Source: Callorhinchus milii
Lineage: Eukaryota
Assembly: GCF_018977255.1 (NCBI RefSeq)
Contig: NW_024704742.1
Location: 103,170,001 to 103,234,000 of the forward strand
Direction: 5' to 3'
DNA: 64,000 nt
Position numbers and translations under genes: made by a program. The stretch's first letter is position 1; every line of letters begins with the position of its first letter. This document shows, piece after piece, positions 11,386 through 25,432 of the stretch. The notes beneath the pieces are model-generated. The model had not been told where the DNA came from and made no database searches. It was given only the letters and a program-made list of their open reading frames with translations.

Positions 11386-12502
11386 TACAAGTAATACTGT
11401 ATCGGAGATACCAAAAATGAAGTTTACGTGTTCACCATTAGAGAAGTCAGTTTCTAAACTAATACACACTTGAAGAAGGGATTGATGTATATCAGCAGTC
11501 ACCAGGTCACACAATCAGGTGTGATATTAGTACAAAGGTATGCTGAAACAGGCTGATCCATTGACTTGCTTTTTGATGTTGTAATTCATCAGACTTGTCG
11601 ATATGCAATTCACTGAGTCTGGCCAAATAGATGATACACAGTACATTGCAGACGTACAATCACAATGTTTCAATATGTTCATGTTTATCAAATTACATCT
11701 TTGCTGTTTACTAAATTTCAAACTTTTATTGAATATCTTCTCAGCATTGTATAATATTGAGCCATACTCTTTCCTCAATTCAACTTTTCAGGGGCTTAAT
11801 ACTTAATATGATCCAATAAATAGTAACAAATAATACGTTTTTGAGATATCTGACTTTCTAGTTTAATTTCACTGTGTGGTTTGTTAAAGAGAGTCACCGT
11901 TATCATAACTTTTATTACAGTTTTAGAAGCCACACTGATTTTAATTGAAATCACAGCTATGGCTGTGGTGGGTGTATGAGTGACTGGCATGTGCCTCTTT
12001 TCAAATTTGAGACTGATAAAGTTCCTATTGATCTTGACAGAAGTGCACAGCAGCCCAGTCAGCATCTGAAAGAGAAAATGTCGCTGTCCAGTTCTGATGA
12101 GTGTTAAACAATCTCCTTCAGATGCTGACAGATCTGCTGTGCGTTTCTGGATTTTGTTTTGGATTTCGGGCATTCTCATTTTATAATGTATCATCTCTCC
12201 CATTGCCTTTGTTTCTAACAGGGTGAGAAATAACTGGTACTTACTCTGAGTTTAGCTTGTCTGCTGGTCCACCTCCGCAGCCCGCCCACCCGCCCGCCAC
12301 CATGTCCTTGTGTAGTTGGGGACCTCTCACCACATCTGCTGCCTGAAGCCTCTTGTGCTTTCACAGGCCACTGCTGGAGGCTGAGTGATCAGTGTTGATG
12401 GGAGACATACAATGTTTACATACACACACATAGAGGTGGCTGGGTAGAAATTCCACTTGGGTCTAGATTTATTCTATTAATTTCACATTTCATTTGACAA
12501 AT

Positions 12503-12897
12503 TCATAAAATCATACAGCACAAAAAGAGGCCATTTGGCCCATCGAGACTGTGACGGCTCTTTGAAAAGAGCAATGTAATGTCAATCCCACTCCCCAGCA
12601 CTTTCCCCATAACCCTGGAAATCCGTCCTCCTCAAATCCACCGCGTTTTTAAAAGTTGTTGAATCCAGTTTTATCTTTAAAACTCATTTTCTGTAGTTCT
12701 TAAAAGAACCTTTGGTGAAGGTGGAGTTCATTGTAGCTTTCAAGAGGGAAGTAGACGGGCATATTAAAGAGAGAGCTTGAAGGGGTACAGGGATTAGATG
12801 GGGTGGTGGGATCGAAGCAATATCCTTGCTTTATGAGCTGGTGCTTGCTTGATGGGCCGAATGGCTTCCTTCTGTGCTGTAAATTTCTATGTTTCTA
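12503..12897. mobile_element. Two CR1 3' remnants in opposite orientation (12503-12650 -, 12712-12897 +)
   Basis: gaggccatttggcccatc on one side, gatgggccgaatggcttccttctgtgctgta on the other. Confidence 0.8.
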
Positions 12898-13974
12898 ACC
12901 TACAGAAAACTGGCTGTAAAATTAAAGATTGTAGTTAAGAATTTAACAAGTTCTGGATGCTGTGAAATGCCACATTAATAGAGTAACCCAGGTGGAATGC
13001 CTATCCAGCTGTCTTGTGTGCAACACAATAGCATCTCTCATTCCACAGGTGCATAGTCTTTACTCAATGAGCTCATTACCTAAATAACAGTAGAAGATGC
13101 CAAGAGAAGCACTTGAATATCAGGCAATGCTGCTGTGTGCCTTTTTTGAGCCTATTACTGTTTTTTATGCAGAGGCTTAGTGGGTAAATGCTCCACTGAG
13201 CTTCCCCATGTACACATGATGTCAGATACCATCCTGTCTGTGATCCAATGACATTAAAATATAATTGAAGTGAGGAGATGCTTGTCGAGATCCATTGCTG
13301 CCATGTCAGTTAAGTTTCCACTACTTTATTTTTGAATTCCCAATGACTGAAAACGTATTGGAGGATATAATAATAATATTGCTTGCTACTAGGTCAAAGT
13401 TAGCAAGCCAGCTTGATGGCTGGGATTGTCAGGGTAAGCTTCTCCAGTGCCAGAAAATAGCCTGAATGAAGCTTAACACCCTTTTCAAGTGAATGTGAGT
13501 ATGGGATGTGCAGAGTAACAGACCACTGATGAGACATTAAGTGAATGCATCACTGATCTGTTCTGCCATTAGTGCAGATTATTCATAATGCTCTTACATT
13601 ATAAATGAGAAGTCTACTTTATTGGGATCTTAATGGAAGCTAACCCTTTTCTACCAATTTCATTTGCTCAGGGGTCAAAACACATTCAAATGCTTTATGT
13701 TCTGGAACTGGATTAACCCTTTTTCGATCACAAGCCTAGAACTATGATTAAACAAATAGCAACTGCATTTCTATCTATTTCCATTTGTGCACCTGAATAA
13801 AAGGGCTACTACAGTGCATCTTAAAATATATGGGACTGTAATTTGAGTGGAACATAATTATATTGAAAGGTCCAATTTTTCATTTTGTTGAGTTATTACA
13901 CTTCAGGAAATTCCCCGTAGAAGACTCACAAAGATTACTGGTTCTGCATGGGAGAAGCGTTTGAATTCAAGAAT

Positions 13975-14230
13975 AACAACAAAATTTGCAATTATATAGG
14001 GCCCTTCAAGCTGGGTAGTATCTTGGAGTACTTCACAGTGGTGAAACCAAACGCCAAACCAGGGGGAGGGAGAAGATGACCATAAGCACCATAAGTCAAA
14101 CAGGAAGGTCTTCAGGCATGATCCGGAAAAGGGAAGGAGGGGGCAAGGTGGAGGGATTGAGGGAGACAGTTCCAAAGTTTCAGGGTGTAGTGGCTAAAAC
14201 CGTGGTCGCTGATGGTGGAGCAGAGGGGGA
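13975..14230 (-). mobile_element. L2 LINE 3' remnant, degenerate
   Basis: Reverse-complement similarity to the 3' ends of 32045-33045 and 58331-60108. Confidence 0.6.
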
Positions 14231-14411
14231 CGGGGGATTCCTGTTTTTTTTCAGATGGGTCCTTTTCTAACTGACTATAGCAGAGAGTGTGACTAAATAT
14301 CTATATGCGTAGAAAATAAATTGGGATTAGGGTTAGGGTTCCAGTGCCAGAAAGAGCTCAGCAAGAGTGTAAACTGGGCAGAACAACACAGATCAGGGTG
14401 GGGGCGGGGGG

Positions 14412-14650
14412 CAGAAATTACACCTGGGTCTTGTATTGTACAGTATTGTATTGTACAGTATTGTAGCATATTTTAGCTGATCAGAGGGAGCAGAATTTAG
14501 CAAGTTGTTGAGCTCGACATTACCATAAAGCTGTTTTCTACAGGGTTTTGAAGCCCTATAGAATATTAGCTTTGTTTTAAGACTCCATTTCAGAATTTGC
14601 CAGATTCTGTTCTCTATTAAATGGTTTTTAAAATACAGTGTAGGAATATA
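14412..14650. mobile_element. MITE-like element, degenerate
   Basis: agaaattacacctgggtct...cagaatttagcaagttgttgag / agaatttgccagattctg. Confidence 0.55.
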
Positions 14651-14934
14651 GGAAAACAGGAACAGATGAGGCCACCCAGCCCTCAAGGCTGTTCCGCTGC
14701 TGTATTAAAACTTGGCAGATCTTTTAATCTCCCCTTTCAGTCCTGAGACCTTTCCCTTCCTTCCCCATCTTCAGATAATGCCTGAATTCCTTCCTCTTTG
14801 CCGTGCCTACAATCATCTCCCCCCTCCCCCCGGCTTGGCATCGTGCTCCACCACTGTCAAGCACTTTGGTACGCTACTTTGTGTGAGGGGCGCAAAACAA
14901 ATGCAAGTTGTTGTTGTTGTTGTTTTTGAGATAA

Positions 14935-15240
14935 AATGACTCAGAGTGGATCTCATAGAGGTGTACAGAATTTTAAATGGGATTGAAAAAGTAAACCCAG
15001 ACCAACTTTAGGACATATCTATCATGATGGTAGTGCAAGAGGACTGGAAAGGGCAATTGCAGGACAGATACCAGGAAGGTTTTCTTTCAGAGGGTAATCA
15101 ATGACTAAAACAGGTTGTCAAGAGAAAGGTGGCAGAGGCCAGGACACTGTATTCATTTAAAAAGCAGCTTGATTCTGTGATGAGGGGAATGGTAGGCTGA
15201 TATTCTGGTGGTATCAGATGGGCTGAAGGGCCTTCTTAAG
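14935..15240 (+). mobile_element. Old CR1 3' fragment
   Basis: gatctcatagaggtgtacagaattttaaatggg (DLIEVYRILNG) and gatgggctgaagggcct. Confidence 0.7.
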
Positions 15241-15892
15241 GTAGATCAATCCTGCCATCTCTTTCATCCTCTTTTATTGCTTCACTACCCAAATATCTTG
15301 TTCCAGAGGAATTTCTCGCCCCTACTGGAACTTTAACTGTGGTGTTTCCAGTCCTTGCGGTTCCATTTCCCTTCACAGTGTAGCTTAACCAACTAACACG
15401 GAATCTCTGATTTTTAAAAACAAATATATTAAATTATTTTGCTTTGTGTATTTGGAGGGGAAATATTGCTTGCAGATATGTGGAAACTGCTTCTGAGAAG
15501 GCAAAATGAATTGCACGATTATCTAAAGTCATTTGAAAGATTTGGCAGGTACAGGTACACTCTCAGGTTTATAGTTTAATTCCAGGCTGGGAGTTAAAAT
15601 GTGATGTGAGAGCCCCAGAGTGGCCTTATTGGATGCAGAGTATTTGTGGACTTAATTGATTCAATTGATCTAGACATTTGATAGTTCTAATAGTATTGGC
15701 CTTCAGTGCAGATACTAGGATCTAAAGCTGTTTGTAGAGTCAGGCTATCCTACAGCACAACTAAAAAGCCCCATTGTGCCATCAATGGCTGCTGGCAAAA
15801 ACATCCACGATGTACATAGTGTTTTATCGAGGGAATGCCGTGAGTGTTACGTTATTGTGGGACTTTGACTTTGGTTCGGCCTGAGGTCTTAT

Positions 15893-16160
15893 AAATAATA
15901 ATAATAATCCTTGAATTTGATATAGCGCTTTCCACGTCGGGAGGACGTCCCAAAGCGCTTCACAGAAGACACTGTAAAGTGAATTGACTGTATATTTGTG
16001 GGCAAACGCGGCAGCCAATTGCGCACAGCAATGTCCCACAAACAGTCATAGATTGAAAATGACCAATTTATTATTGTTTTTGTTTTTTGGAGGGATTATT
16101 ATTAGGCGTGTGGAGCAAGGAAACTTGCCCAAGGTTTCGCCCTGCCTGGAATTGAACTTG
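15893..16160 (-). mobile_element. SINE family A, 5'-truncated
   Basis: Near-identical to 62452-62778 from the B box to the (TTA)n tail. Confidence 0.9.
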
Positions 16161-19126
16161 CGAGTGTGCATGTCTCACAGCAGATTCCTGGAAGCACTCT
16201 GGGACTCTAGCGTGCGTGAGGTGGGCTATATAAATGTAAACAGTGAAAGAGACCAGAGAATATTTGAATAAAATGAGTGTAGGTAAAGGCAAAACAAGCT
16301 GAGGAAAGAGCATTGATTCATTCATTCGACATACAACATGGAGTAGTGCAGTGGGATAATGTCTTTTAATACCACCTATTCAAATTGTGTAATTTTAAAT
16401 TTATAGGCTGTCACATAAATGCTCATCGTGGTTTTGAACTGCATTGCTATTGAACCAAATGCAACAGGAAAACTTAAGAGAATAAATGTTTAAACTGATC
16501 GACATTCCCACCTGCTGTAGCAAAGTGATTCATCAAATCCAAGACATGTCTGTGAGCTTGGCTTTACCCATCCCTGACTGAAGCAGCTGCTCCCTGAAAA
16601 GGATCACTTTGTCTGAAGTGACAGGAATGACTACGTACTATTTCTGGTATCTTTGCTACCCTCTCACAAGATTACCCTGTGTTCTGTTCAATATCTGTAG
16701 AGGTTTATCTTTAGAATATACTCTGTCTATGCTGACTAAAATAGTGCTACTGTAAATGGCTACATAACCACACGTGCTAAATTTGTCCTCCCAATCTCAG
16801 TGTGCATTTATCAATAATAAAAGCACTGAAGAATGTAGGTTAGTTAGCCTTACGTACCCTTACTTCTTGTGAGTCTTCAGAATGTTGTGACTTTCTGTTG
16901 TAAACATATTTAAACCTTTTTTGGCAAACCCTTTAATGCCAAATACTACAAAGTAGATTTGAAACACGGAACGCTTAACATTTTATTTCTTAGTGACAAA
17001 TTATATATTTTAAAATTAAAGGATGTCTATGTTGAAGATAAACCCCAACCATCTTCTGAAAATTATTAGTATTACAAAAACCCGAGTCAAGATATAAGAA
17101 TGGGTTAGACACATTTTAAGCTCTCGCTCGACTGCCTAAGTACATACTTTGAGCAATTACTGATATTTTAGTGAAACATTTGCACTTCTGAGAGCAACCA
17201 CCCTTACTTAAGGCTTTTCAAGTGGACATTAGAAAGAGTTTAATTTCTTTACTTTGAATTCAAACCCAGATCTAGGAGGTGAAAGGGCATTGTGCTGATT
17301 TACAGTACCACTGAATCCATTGTGAAAGGTTTCTCTAAAATTTCAGCAACTCCTAAATAAACAGAAAACAAATGAATTCTTCATCGGTAGTGCTTCAAAG
17401 GTCAGTACATTTACAGACCATCAGAGAAAAAGATGTTCTGCTTTCCAAGGTTCATAAATTAACCAACGTTCGAACAATTAGCCTTTTGCGGTTTGTTACT
17501 CTAGTGCAGAAATTTGCAGGTCTGAATTTGTGATACAGCTACAGAATTTGTGTCTTAGAATTTCCTCAGTACGTATTACAGTAGTTAACTAAATGAAACT
17601 GAACTTTCCTTATAATGATACCTAGGTCTAATATGTGGTGATTTGTAATAGGGTTCCTTAATAAGTTTACTTTGCGGTGCAAATGAAGATTCATTCCGAT
17701 AACTGTAAGTACTTTATGCAGACTGACAAGATCAGAGCAGAGTTACTGCGTCTCAGCATGATGTACTGTTGATTGCTGTAAGGAATCCCCATTTGCAACT
17801 TGGAGTTTTTATTAAGAAATGTTCTTTGAAATCATTGTATTTTAGTCCTGAATGTGTATTATCCATTTTATACCATGGCTTTAACTGATGAGAATAATGT
17901 AATAACTTTTTATTTTCAGACAGAAACTATGTTACTATTAATGACTTTGTTTTTCACAATTAGTGTAAGCATAGCATGTAAAGTCCTAGAATATAATTTA
18001 GACAATGTGAGATCTCTATTTTGTTTGGTACAGTATTTCACTCCAGGAGTAAGTGAATCGCTCCACATTAATGTTTGTATCCTGGTGCCATTCAACACTA
18101 TTCAAATAAGTTCCTGGAAGGGAGGTGCCTATTGTATGGTATTTCTTTGCAGATTACTCTTGTAATTATTGAATTAAAGTGCTTTGACTTGAGCAAGTTA
18201 TTGTTGAATGATTGAATGGGATAAAGAATGCAATAGTGAGTTTCTCAAACTTTATTGAATGCATTCTTCAGCACATTCAATCCTTTAGTAACTTCATAAT
18301 TATGCATTTCTCTTTAATAAATCCGTTAAGGAACACTACAAATTGTACCCTGCGCTTACAACAATCGCTTCTGTCGGTATTTTGAACATATTTACAACTT
18401 TAGAAATCTGCCATCCTGTTTTGTTAAAGGGCTTGATTCGGAAATGTAATGAAGATTTGAATGTGGAAATCCGGTAATCCAAATCCAGTGTGTGTAATGT
18501 TGCCTGGGAAGTAATTCCTTTACTATACGGTTAACATTGGTTTTGAGTTTAGCGCATTATACAGTAATAACAATTGTACTGTAGGATTATCCCTGACTTT
18601 CTGTTAATTGTTTCAGCCTCAATGCGAAGGTCATTCAGGAAAAAAGGTAGAACTACTGTGTGTTTGTTTAGATGTAGTGGCTCTTAGCTTTAGTTCTCTC
18701 AAATGTTTAGCCTGTGTAATGCCAGCTAAATACCTGAGTAATATTTTTAAAAGTTCAATATCAGTGGTCAAGTTCTAGAGTTAACATAATGGAGCATAAT
18801 GTGGAACATAAAATTATGAATTTCTCCCGACCCTATGAAAATGCTGAAAACGATTTGGCTCGTAACTGTTGAGGAAAGACGGGAGTATTGAAAATCCTTT
18901 ATAAATTAAACAAACAAATGAATTTAAAATGAATTTCTACACTTCCTCGTGAGAATAATGACATGAAACTTGTGCATTATTATTTGTCTTAATGTGTGTC
19001 AGGCTTGTTCTTGCCATCCAGACTAGTTGTGGTGCACACACAAACAACAACAAATTACAATCGTATAGTGCCTTTCACAACACATACACATCATACACGC
19101 ACATCACACACACACTCACACAAGTA

Positions 19127-19610
19127 CAACAACAAAATTACATTTGTGTAGTGCCTTTCATGTTGGGAGGACGTCCCAAGGCGCTGGATAATCAATGTTT
19201 CGGACCCGAGTTGGGGATCGGGGAGGGCAGTGGGGGGAAGGAGGGTGACCGAAGGCACGGTTGAAGAGGAGAGTCTTGAGATGGGTCTTGAAGGAGGCAA
19301 GGGAGGGGATGAGGTGGAGGGACTGCAGATGGAGCTCCAGATGGTGGGGGCAGAGTGGCTGAAGGCCCGTCCGCCAGTGGTGGGATGGGTGAGATGGGGG
19401 ACGTGAAGCAGGCCGGAGCCCACTGAGCAGAGGGAGCAGGCAGGTTGGTAGGGGGTTAGGAGGTCACAAGGGTAGAGAGGAGTAAGGCCGTCCGAGGGCT
19501 TTGAAGGTGAAGACTGAATTGTATCCTCTGTGTGATGGGAAGCCAGTGGAGTCGGGCGAGGGGTGATAGGGTCACGGAGCCTGGTGCGGGAGAGGACACA
19601 GGCTGCAGAA
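19127..19610 (-). mobile_element. L2 LINE 3' fragment
   Basis: Minus-strand peptide SAACVLSRTRLRDPITP...GSGLLHVP...GGRAFSHSAPTIW; tail gggacgtcctcccaacatgaaaggc...(ttg)n. Confidence 0.9.
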
Positions 19611-19949
19611 CTAGTTGTAATAATGCATGCAATTTCTGTTTTAGTCACCATTCCACAAACAGCAAAGGATGTGGACCTATGTGAACTTCAGCTTAACTTG
19701 ACCACTGTATTGGTTTACAGCATTTAGGTTCCTCATTGCTTGGTTCATTTGTCTGTTTAGATGCCTGCTTGTGTTGTGTGCTGTGCTGTTTGGTGTGCTG
19801 GGCTCACTGATGTTTCATTTGGTCCTGCTTTAACCGGCTTCATTATTTTGCTGCTTTTGGTTTTTTTTTCTTGCTTGTGACTGACAACCTGCCAATGCTT
19901 CAAAATGTAAATAACTTGTTTAAAATAAACCGCTAAATAGCAATAGGGA

Positions 19950-20180
19950 GACATTCCACCAGTGTCTTTGTTTACTCTATTTGTGTAGCATTTCAGTGCA
20001 TTCAGAATTTGCCAAACGCAGCCTTAATTTTGAAGCTGTTTTCTCTTAAATTATTTTAAGAACTACAGAAAAACAGACTTGAGAGTTAAGTCTGAAATCA
20101 ACAATTTGACAAATTATGCACCCTTTGAAATATGGCATAAAATCATGAATAGAGTAAATCTGGACCTTGGTAGAATTTCT
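19950..20180. mobile_element. MITE-like element, same family
   Basis: cattccacc...tttactctatt...cagaatttgccaaa / aatttgacaaatt...aatagagtaaa...ggtagaatttc. Confidence 0.68.
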
Positions 20181-22706
20181 TCCTGTGTATATCTTAACAT
20201 TCCCACTTGTTTCACAAAATAAATGGATTGACACATATCACACAAGGTTTGTTCAGCTATTCCATGAATCCCGAAGGTAATCAGCCAAAAAATCTAGATT
20301 ATTTATTAATTCCCCTGCATCTTCACTACTCAATCCTGGGTTGCTACAGTGCACAAGGCACCCACCACCCCCCACCCATCCTAATCCCAACCCTGGTTCT
20401 GACACACAAAAATCATATATCATACAGATTGTACCTATCTGTGTGTGGTTCACTGCCCTCCTCAAGCACATACATGTCCAGTTTGTTTCGAAGGAGATAA
20501 TTGAATAGCAGCTACTTTTGCTGGGAGTTTGTTCCACATGTCCACGAGGGAGCAAATCTCATAATCTCTAGTTTTACTTGAAGCTTGTTAATATTGCACT
20601 CTAGGCCTCTAGCTTCACAGTCTTAGTCAAATATCTGCTTACATTGACATCACCTGTTTCTGTTGGAAGTGGAGGAAAACTAAGAGTCAAAACATTTCCC
20701 AAATCAGATTTTCTTATCCCACTGCCAAGTAGGCCAATGATTCATTGAAAAAAGCTTCTTATTGTAGCCAATTAATACCTTTACCTCTCCAGGTGTGGCC
20801 GTTTGCTAAGACATTGCATTTTTGCGTTAATTTCTGCTCCTGACACATTACTAATAGACTTTCATCCTTCATAACTTGGAAACATTTTAATCTTCAAACA
20901 ATGTGGACTTTGCTGCAATAAAAAGATCTTCATTTTCCAATAATAACCAAGGAGGTCTCAAGTGCCAACAGATTAATAACTGCGATATCATCTTCTGTCA
21001 CTCAGCACATTCTTTTGTGGTATTGGATGCATTTATTGTCTTAACAAGCTTAATGTTACAGAAAGGTTCAGCATTGAAGTAAGCTTTGATTTTTAAGTCC
21101 TAAAATCCAATTTCATTTTGAAAAGTTAAGGCTTGAATTTTTGTTGCTGCTCATTGTGACGAATGTTTGTGAATTACTGATAACCCTGCTCTCCGTTCCC
21201 AGACCAAGTGGACTTCTGATATCTATCAGCTCCTCTTTGTTGCACTGTTTCAGTCCCTCCTCCACCATTCCTTTCATATTATTTTGCCTCAGAGATTTCT
21301 CGGACTCAATGTTTTACCTTTGACCAGCGAGTCTAATGGATTCCTGAGAAGACTGCAAGATAGTAACCTAATTGAGGGGTTAAGTTAATATTATAACTGT
21401 TACGTCAGCCCCAGTATATGTGTAAAATCATTCCATGCCTTTTTTTAAATAAATAAGAGTTACAGCTGGACCCCCTTTATAACGTGATGGTTATTTTTGT
21501 TTTTTTGGGTCAGCCAGGTGTCTGACACATGCGGAAACCCATCACCTTCATCGCTAAAAATTTGTTGATAAATAATTTTCAGTGTTTCTTGGTCCCTTCC
21601 AGGACAGACAGTAATTGTACTTACTGTACAATTTTCCTATTCAGATTTAAACCTGCATCAGTTCTGCAGGTGATCATAAATATATCTCGATTCTCCAAAG
21701 GCCTGAACTGTGTTTAGTTTTTCAGTTACTCGGTGGTGCTGGGAAGATGTTAGTTGAGTGTAAATCCTTTGAGGAGTTTAGTCTCTAACAGCATCATCTT
21801 CAGTTTTGACTTGCATGAAGTCATTTCAGATTTCATTGTCATTATTCCAACTAATACGATTATATTTTAGATGAGCTAAACACCATGTAGAGGAGCCTGT
21901 TGAGTGGACAATGCCCATGATGTTGTTCTTTTAAAGATGAATACACAGTCTGTAACCTTCAAAATGTCACATGTTATATTATTTGACTGTAAAAGTGCAT
22001 TTGTTGCATAGGGGATTCAAGTGAGTTATCACTCTATGAATGCACAACATTTTCTTTCATAAAATAATTATTTGGTAATTTTATTTTTTTAGAATAATTT
22101 GGATTCCTTTCCTTTAAGCTGTGCAGGAGCTGGTAATGTGACAAACTATAGTTCCCTTTACTGAGCAACAGTGTGTGTGAAGTGAAGGCAAGAGGGAGCT
22201 TTGGGTGTGGAGTGAGGCAGTGATGCCGTCCTCCTCATGTATGCATGTCCAGTCAGGGTGTCTTACTCACAGGCCAGTGAATATAATGCTCTCCTATGCC
22301 TGAGATACAGTAGGTGTCATAAATAATCCAGGACACTGTTAGCTAAAACCTTTACAGGTTATTTTACAAAGTATCAAGTAGCAGTAGAGTACTGTATATT
22401 GTCAAGCAATAAATCCAATGTAATTAAATGAATTCATTAAAATATTGCTGTGCCGGTACAGATTTCCTATTTACAGCAAGTTTATAAGAATTGTAAACAT
22501 AATAAAATTTAAAGAGCAAATAATTTTAAAATCCTGGATCCTGCCCCAGAGACTGACTGTAAATGTTATGGCTAACAGTGTATTTTTAAAGATTTCCATA
22601 AAAATGTCAGTAGAAATGTAATCGCTTTATCTTCAGATTGTTGTCCTTGCTGGGGGAGTGATTGACTCTCTCCTGAGCAATCACTTTTACCTCTTCTCAT
22701 CCCAGT

Positions 22707-22840
22707 GGAATCATAGAATGATACAGCACAGAAGGAGGCCATTTGGCCCATCGTGTCTGTGTTGGCTCTTTTAAAAGAGCTATCCAAATTAATCCCACTC
22801 CCCTGCGCTCTCCCCATAGCCCTGCAAACTTGTCCTCCCC
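22707..22840 (-). mobile_element. CR1 3' end remnant
   Basis: gaatcatagaatgatacagcacagaaggaggccatttggcccatc. Confidence 0.8.
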
Positions 22841-23547
22841 AAATTGGAGCAGGTAACAGATTTACCCTTTCCAAACAATTTCACAGTACTGTATCCCCAG
22901 TGCCCATTATTTAGTGTTTCTTTGTTCGCGACCCTATATGTATTGCACAACCACTAAGGATTACACTTGTCTGTTCAATTATATTTTATATAGTTATTTT
23001 TCACAGGCCATTTCATACAAAACCTGAGTGCCAATATAGTTAAATTAGATGGGCTTTTAAAAATATCATTTATATCTGTACTATAAAGACAACTCACAGC
23101 TGCATCACCACTTTTCCTCTTAAATCTTTCTTTTGCTGTGGTCATGGCTGGACTAGACATAAGATCACAAGAGAGGTACAAACAACGAGGACCCTTAGAC
23201 ACTTCTAATCTCATGATTCCAGCATACCCACCCTACTATCGCCCCATCAAACTGTTTCTGAAATGTCCTGGCCTCTACCACCCTCCTGGTGACTCACTCT
23301 TTGATTGCCCTTCCTGGAAAGAATTATTTCCTCTTGTCTGTCGTGCCTGTGTGTTGGGGGAGGGTGAAGGGACAGGTGTATGTGTGGATTACCGGGGAGG
23401 GGGAGAAGCAGCTGAGCTGCCTGTCCCTACTTTTCCTCTGCAGCAATCCACATTTTGCATATTAAGATAGGTGAATAGCATTGGTACAATGTTTGCATAT
23501 TCAAATACACATTGGAAAATGTGAGCATTGTATACCTTCAATTATTT

Positions 23548-23858
23548 AATAATAATAATCCTTGCATTTGATAGAGTGCTTTTCACGACTTCTAGACGTC
23601 TCAAAGCGCCTCACAGAATAGACTGTAAAGTGAATTGACTGTGTATTTGTGGGTGAAATGCATCAGCCAATTGCGCACAACAGTGTTCCACAAACAGTTG
23701 TGGTTTGAAGTGACCAATTTCTTATTGTTTGTTTTCTTGAGGGATTATTATCAGGCGTGTGGGGTAAGGAAACTTGCCCAAAGTTTCGCCCTGCCGGGAA
23801 TTGAAACCAGGTCTCTCGCTTGCAAAGCGAGTACTCTAACCACTGAACTACAGGACTC
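23548..23858 (-). mobile_element. SINE family A, full length
   Basis: Same head, body and tail as 3723-4031. Confidence 0.9.
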
Positions 23859-24169
23859 CACTTCTTGCAGCTGCTTACCAAATGCCTACACCACGAACCC
23901 CAGCCTACATTGTGTTAGCCAACTCCCTTCATTTAAAACTAAATCAGCACTCAGTGTGATCCTATCTGCTAATTTTTTTTATTTTCTGAGATATTGTATT
24001 TAATATATCTGAGGATACTGCACTCTAGAATCAAGTCTTGTTCATTAGTTTTGAAGGACGAATATTCCTGTAGAATAAAGAATAACAACAAGGTTATAAA
24101 ATATTTTACCTTGTAGTTTTCCAAAAGAAAATGCATCCTGTTGTATGGTATTGGATTGTACAGACAAGG

Positions 24170-24372
24170 AAGATTGCAGGTCCGATCCCTGGTCTGTGTT
24201 AGTCAGTTTGAGCCAGGATTGGGATCATCTTTTTGGTCTCAGCTTCTCTAAATAGGAAGTGGAGAATTGGACAGCGTTTCTGGAAGTGCTTGTGTTGTGA
24301 TTGTCAGGTTAGGAGAGTTTCAGGCTTGGCTATGAAGAATGATTGAGTAGCCCACTAACACTCACTGACTAT
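24170..24372 (+). mobile_element. Old SINE-like family C (related copies ~40840-41040, ~63110-63300, ~34690-34810 -)
   Basis: Shared gatccctggtctgtg(c/t)tgagttagctgatct...ctggaa(a)gtg...tgtcagg motifs between the loci; family not identified. Confidence 0.5.
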
Positions 24373-24876
24373 TTCTCTTCTGGTGGTGATTCTCAGTTCA
24401 TGCCCTCGTGTTACTGACTTTTTACTGATCAGTAAAAATAGTCTCCCTTTACATACCCTCCAATAAAAAAATCTAATGTAAAACCTCTAACAGGCCTGTT
24501 TTACTTTCTTTGTTCCAATGTAAACAGTTTCAGTTTCACAAAAACAAGAAATAATGGTAGAATATTGTAAAGATTAATAATAATGTGAAGCATAGCTTGT
24601 ATGAAACATCAGATTGTGGTACGCCTTGATTATTATCTGAGGATAACTATGATCTCAATAGAACAGTGCATTAGGTTTCAGTGATATTCCTTCCTGTTGA
24701 CTAAGTGCATTATAAGTAATGGCCCATCTTCATAATGTGATAAAGTGGTTCTTACTTGGCGCTGCATTGTAAAGCTACAGTTTGCAATACTGCAGCAATC
24801 TAGGACATGTAGAGGAGCAGTATAAACTCAAATGGAAAGGCAGTGAAAAATAAGATCCACTGGTACACAGAGTGGA

Positions 24877-25088
24877 GTAGAAATTCCACACCAGGTCTAA
24901 ATATACTGGACATTCTTAGCATTTCAGAGCATCCAGAATTTGACAAATTCTTAAATTCAGTTCTTACAGTTTTCTGTAAGTTCTTTTAAGAATTCAAAGT
25001 TAAGACTCAATTCAACAATTTGCCAAATTCTGGCACATGAAATGTTGGGTAAGTCAAGTAAATCCAGATGCAGGTGAAATTTCTCCAC
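24877..25088. mobile_element. Palindromic MITE-like element (~210 bp, ~90-bp imperfect TIRs)
   Basis: gtagaaattccac...cagaatttgacaaattcttaaattcagt at the left end versus ttaagactcaattcaacaatttgccaaattctg...gtgaaatttctcc at the right. Confidence 0.7.
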
Positions 25089-25432
25089 AAGTATTCCTTA
25101 TTTTCCATGTAATGTAACAATGCGCCAGGGTTCCTCTTTATAATTGACACCACTTAATTCTTTGGCAGTGCCCCAACAATTTGTTCTCCTTTGGTCCCTA
25201 AGTAACTTGACAGAAGCTATATTGGTGGGTAGGGGAAATAGGCCAGCGTCCAATATCGTGCAGCATATTGGTGCTGGTAGATTTAAGGATACACAGTAAA
25301 ATAGCAAGTTTTATAGACAATGTTTCAATCATGTACATTATTTTATTACTCTATCAAATCTCTGTTTTCCTCCTTCCCCTCCCCCTACCTGTTTCTGCCT
25401 CTCTACCTTTCCCTGATTCTTACACAAATTAG

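Noticed and set aside
14322..14340. Interstitial telomeric repeat
   Set aside because: Only about two TTAGGG units; compatible with chance.
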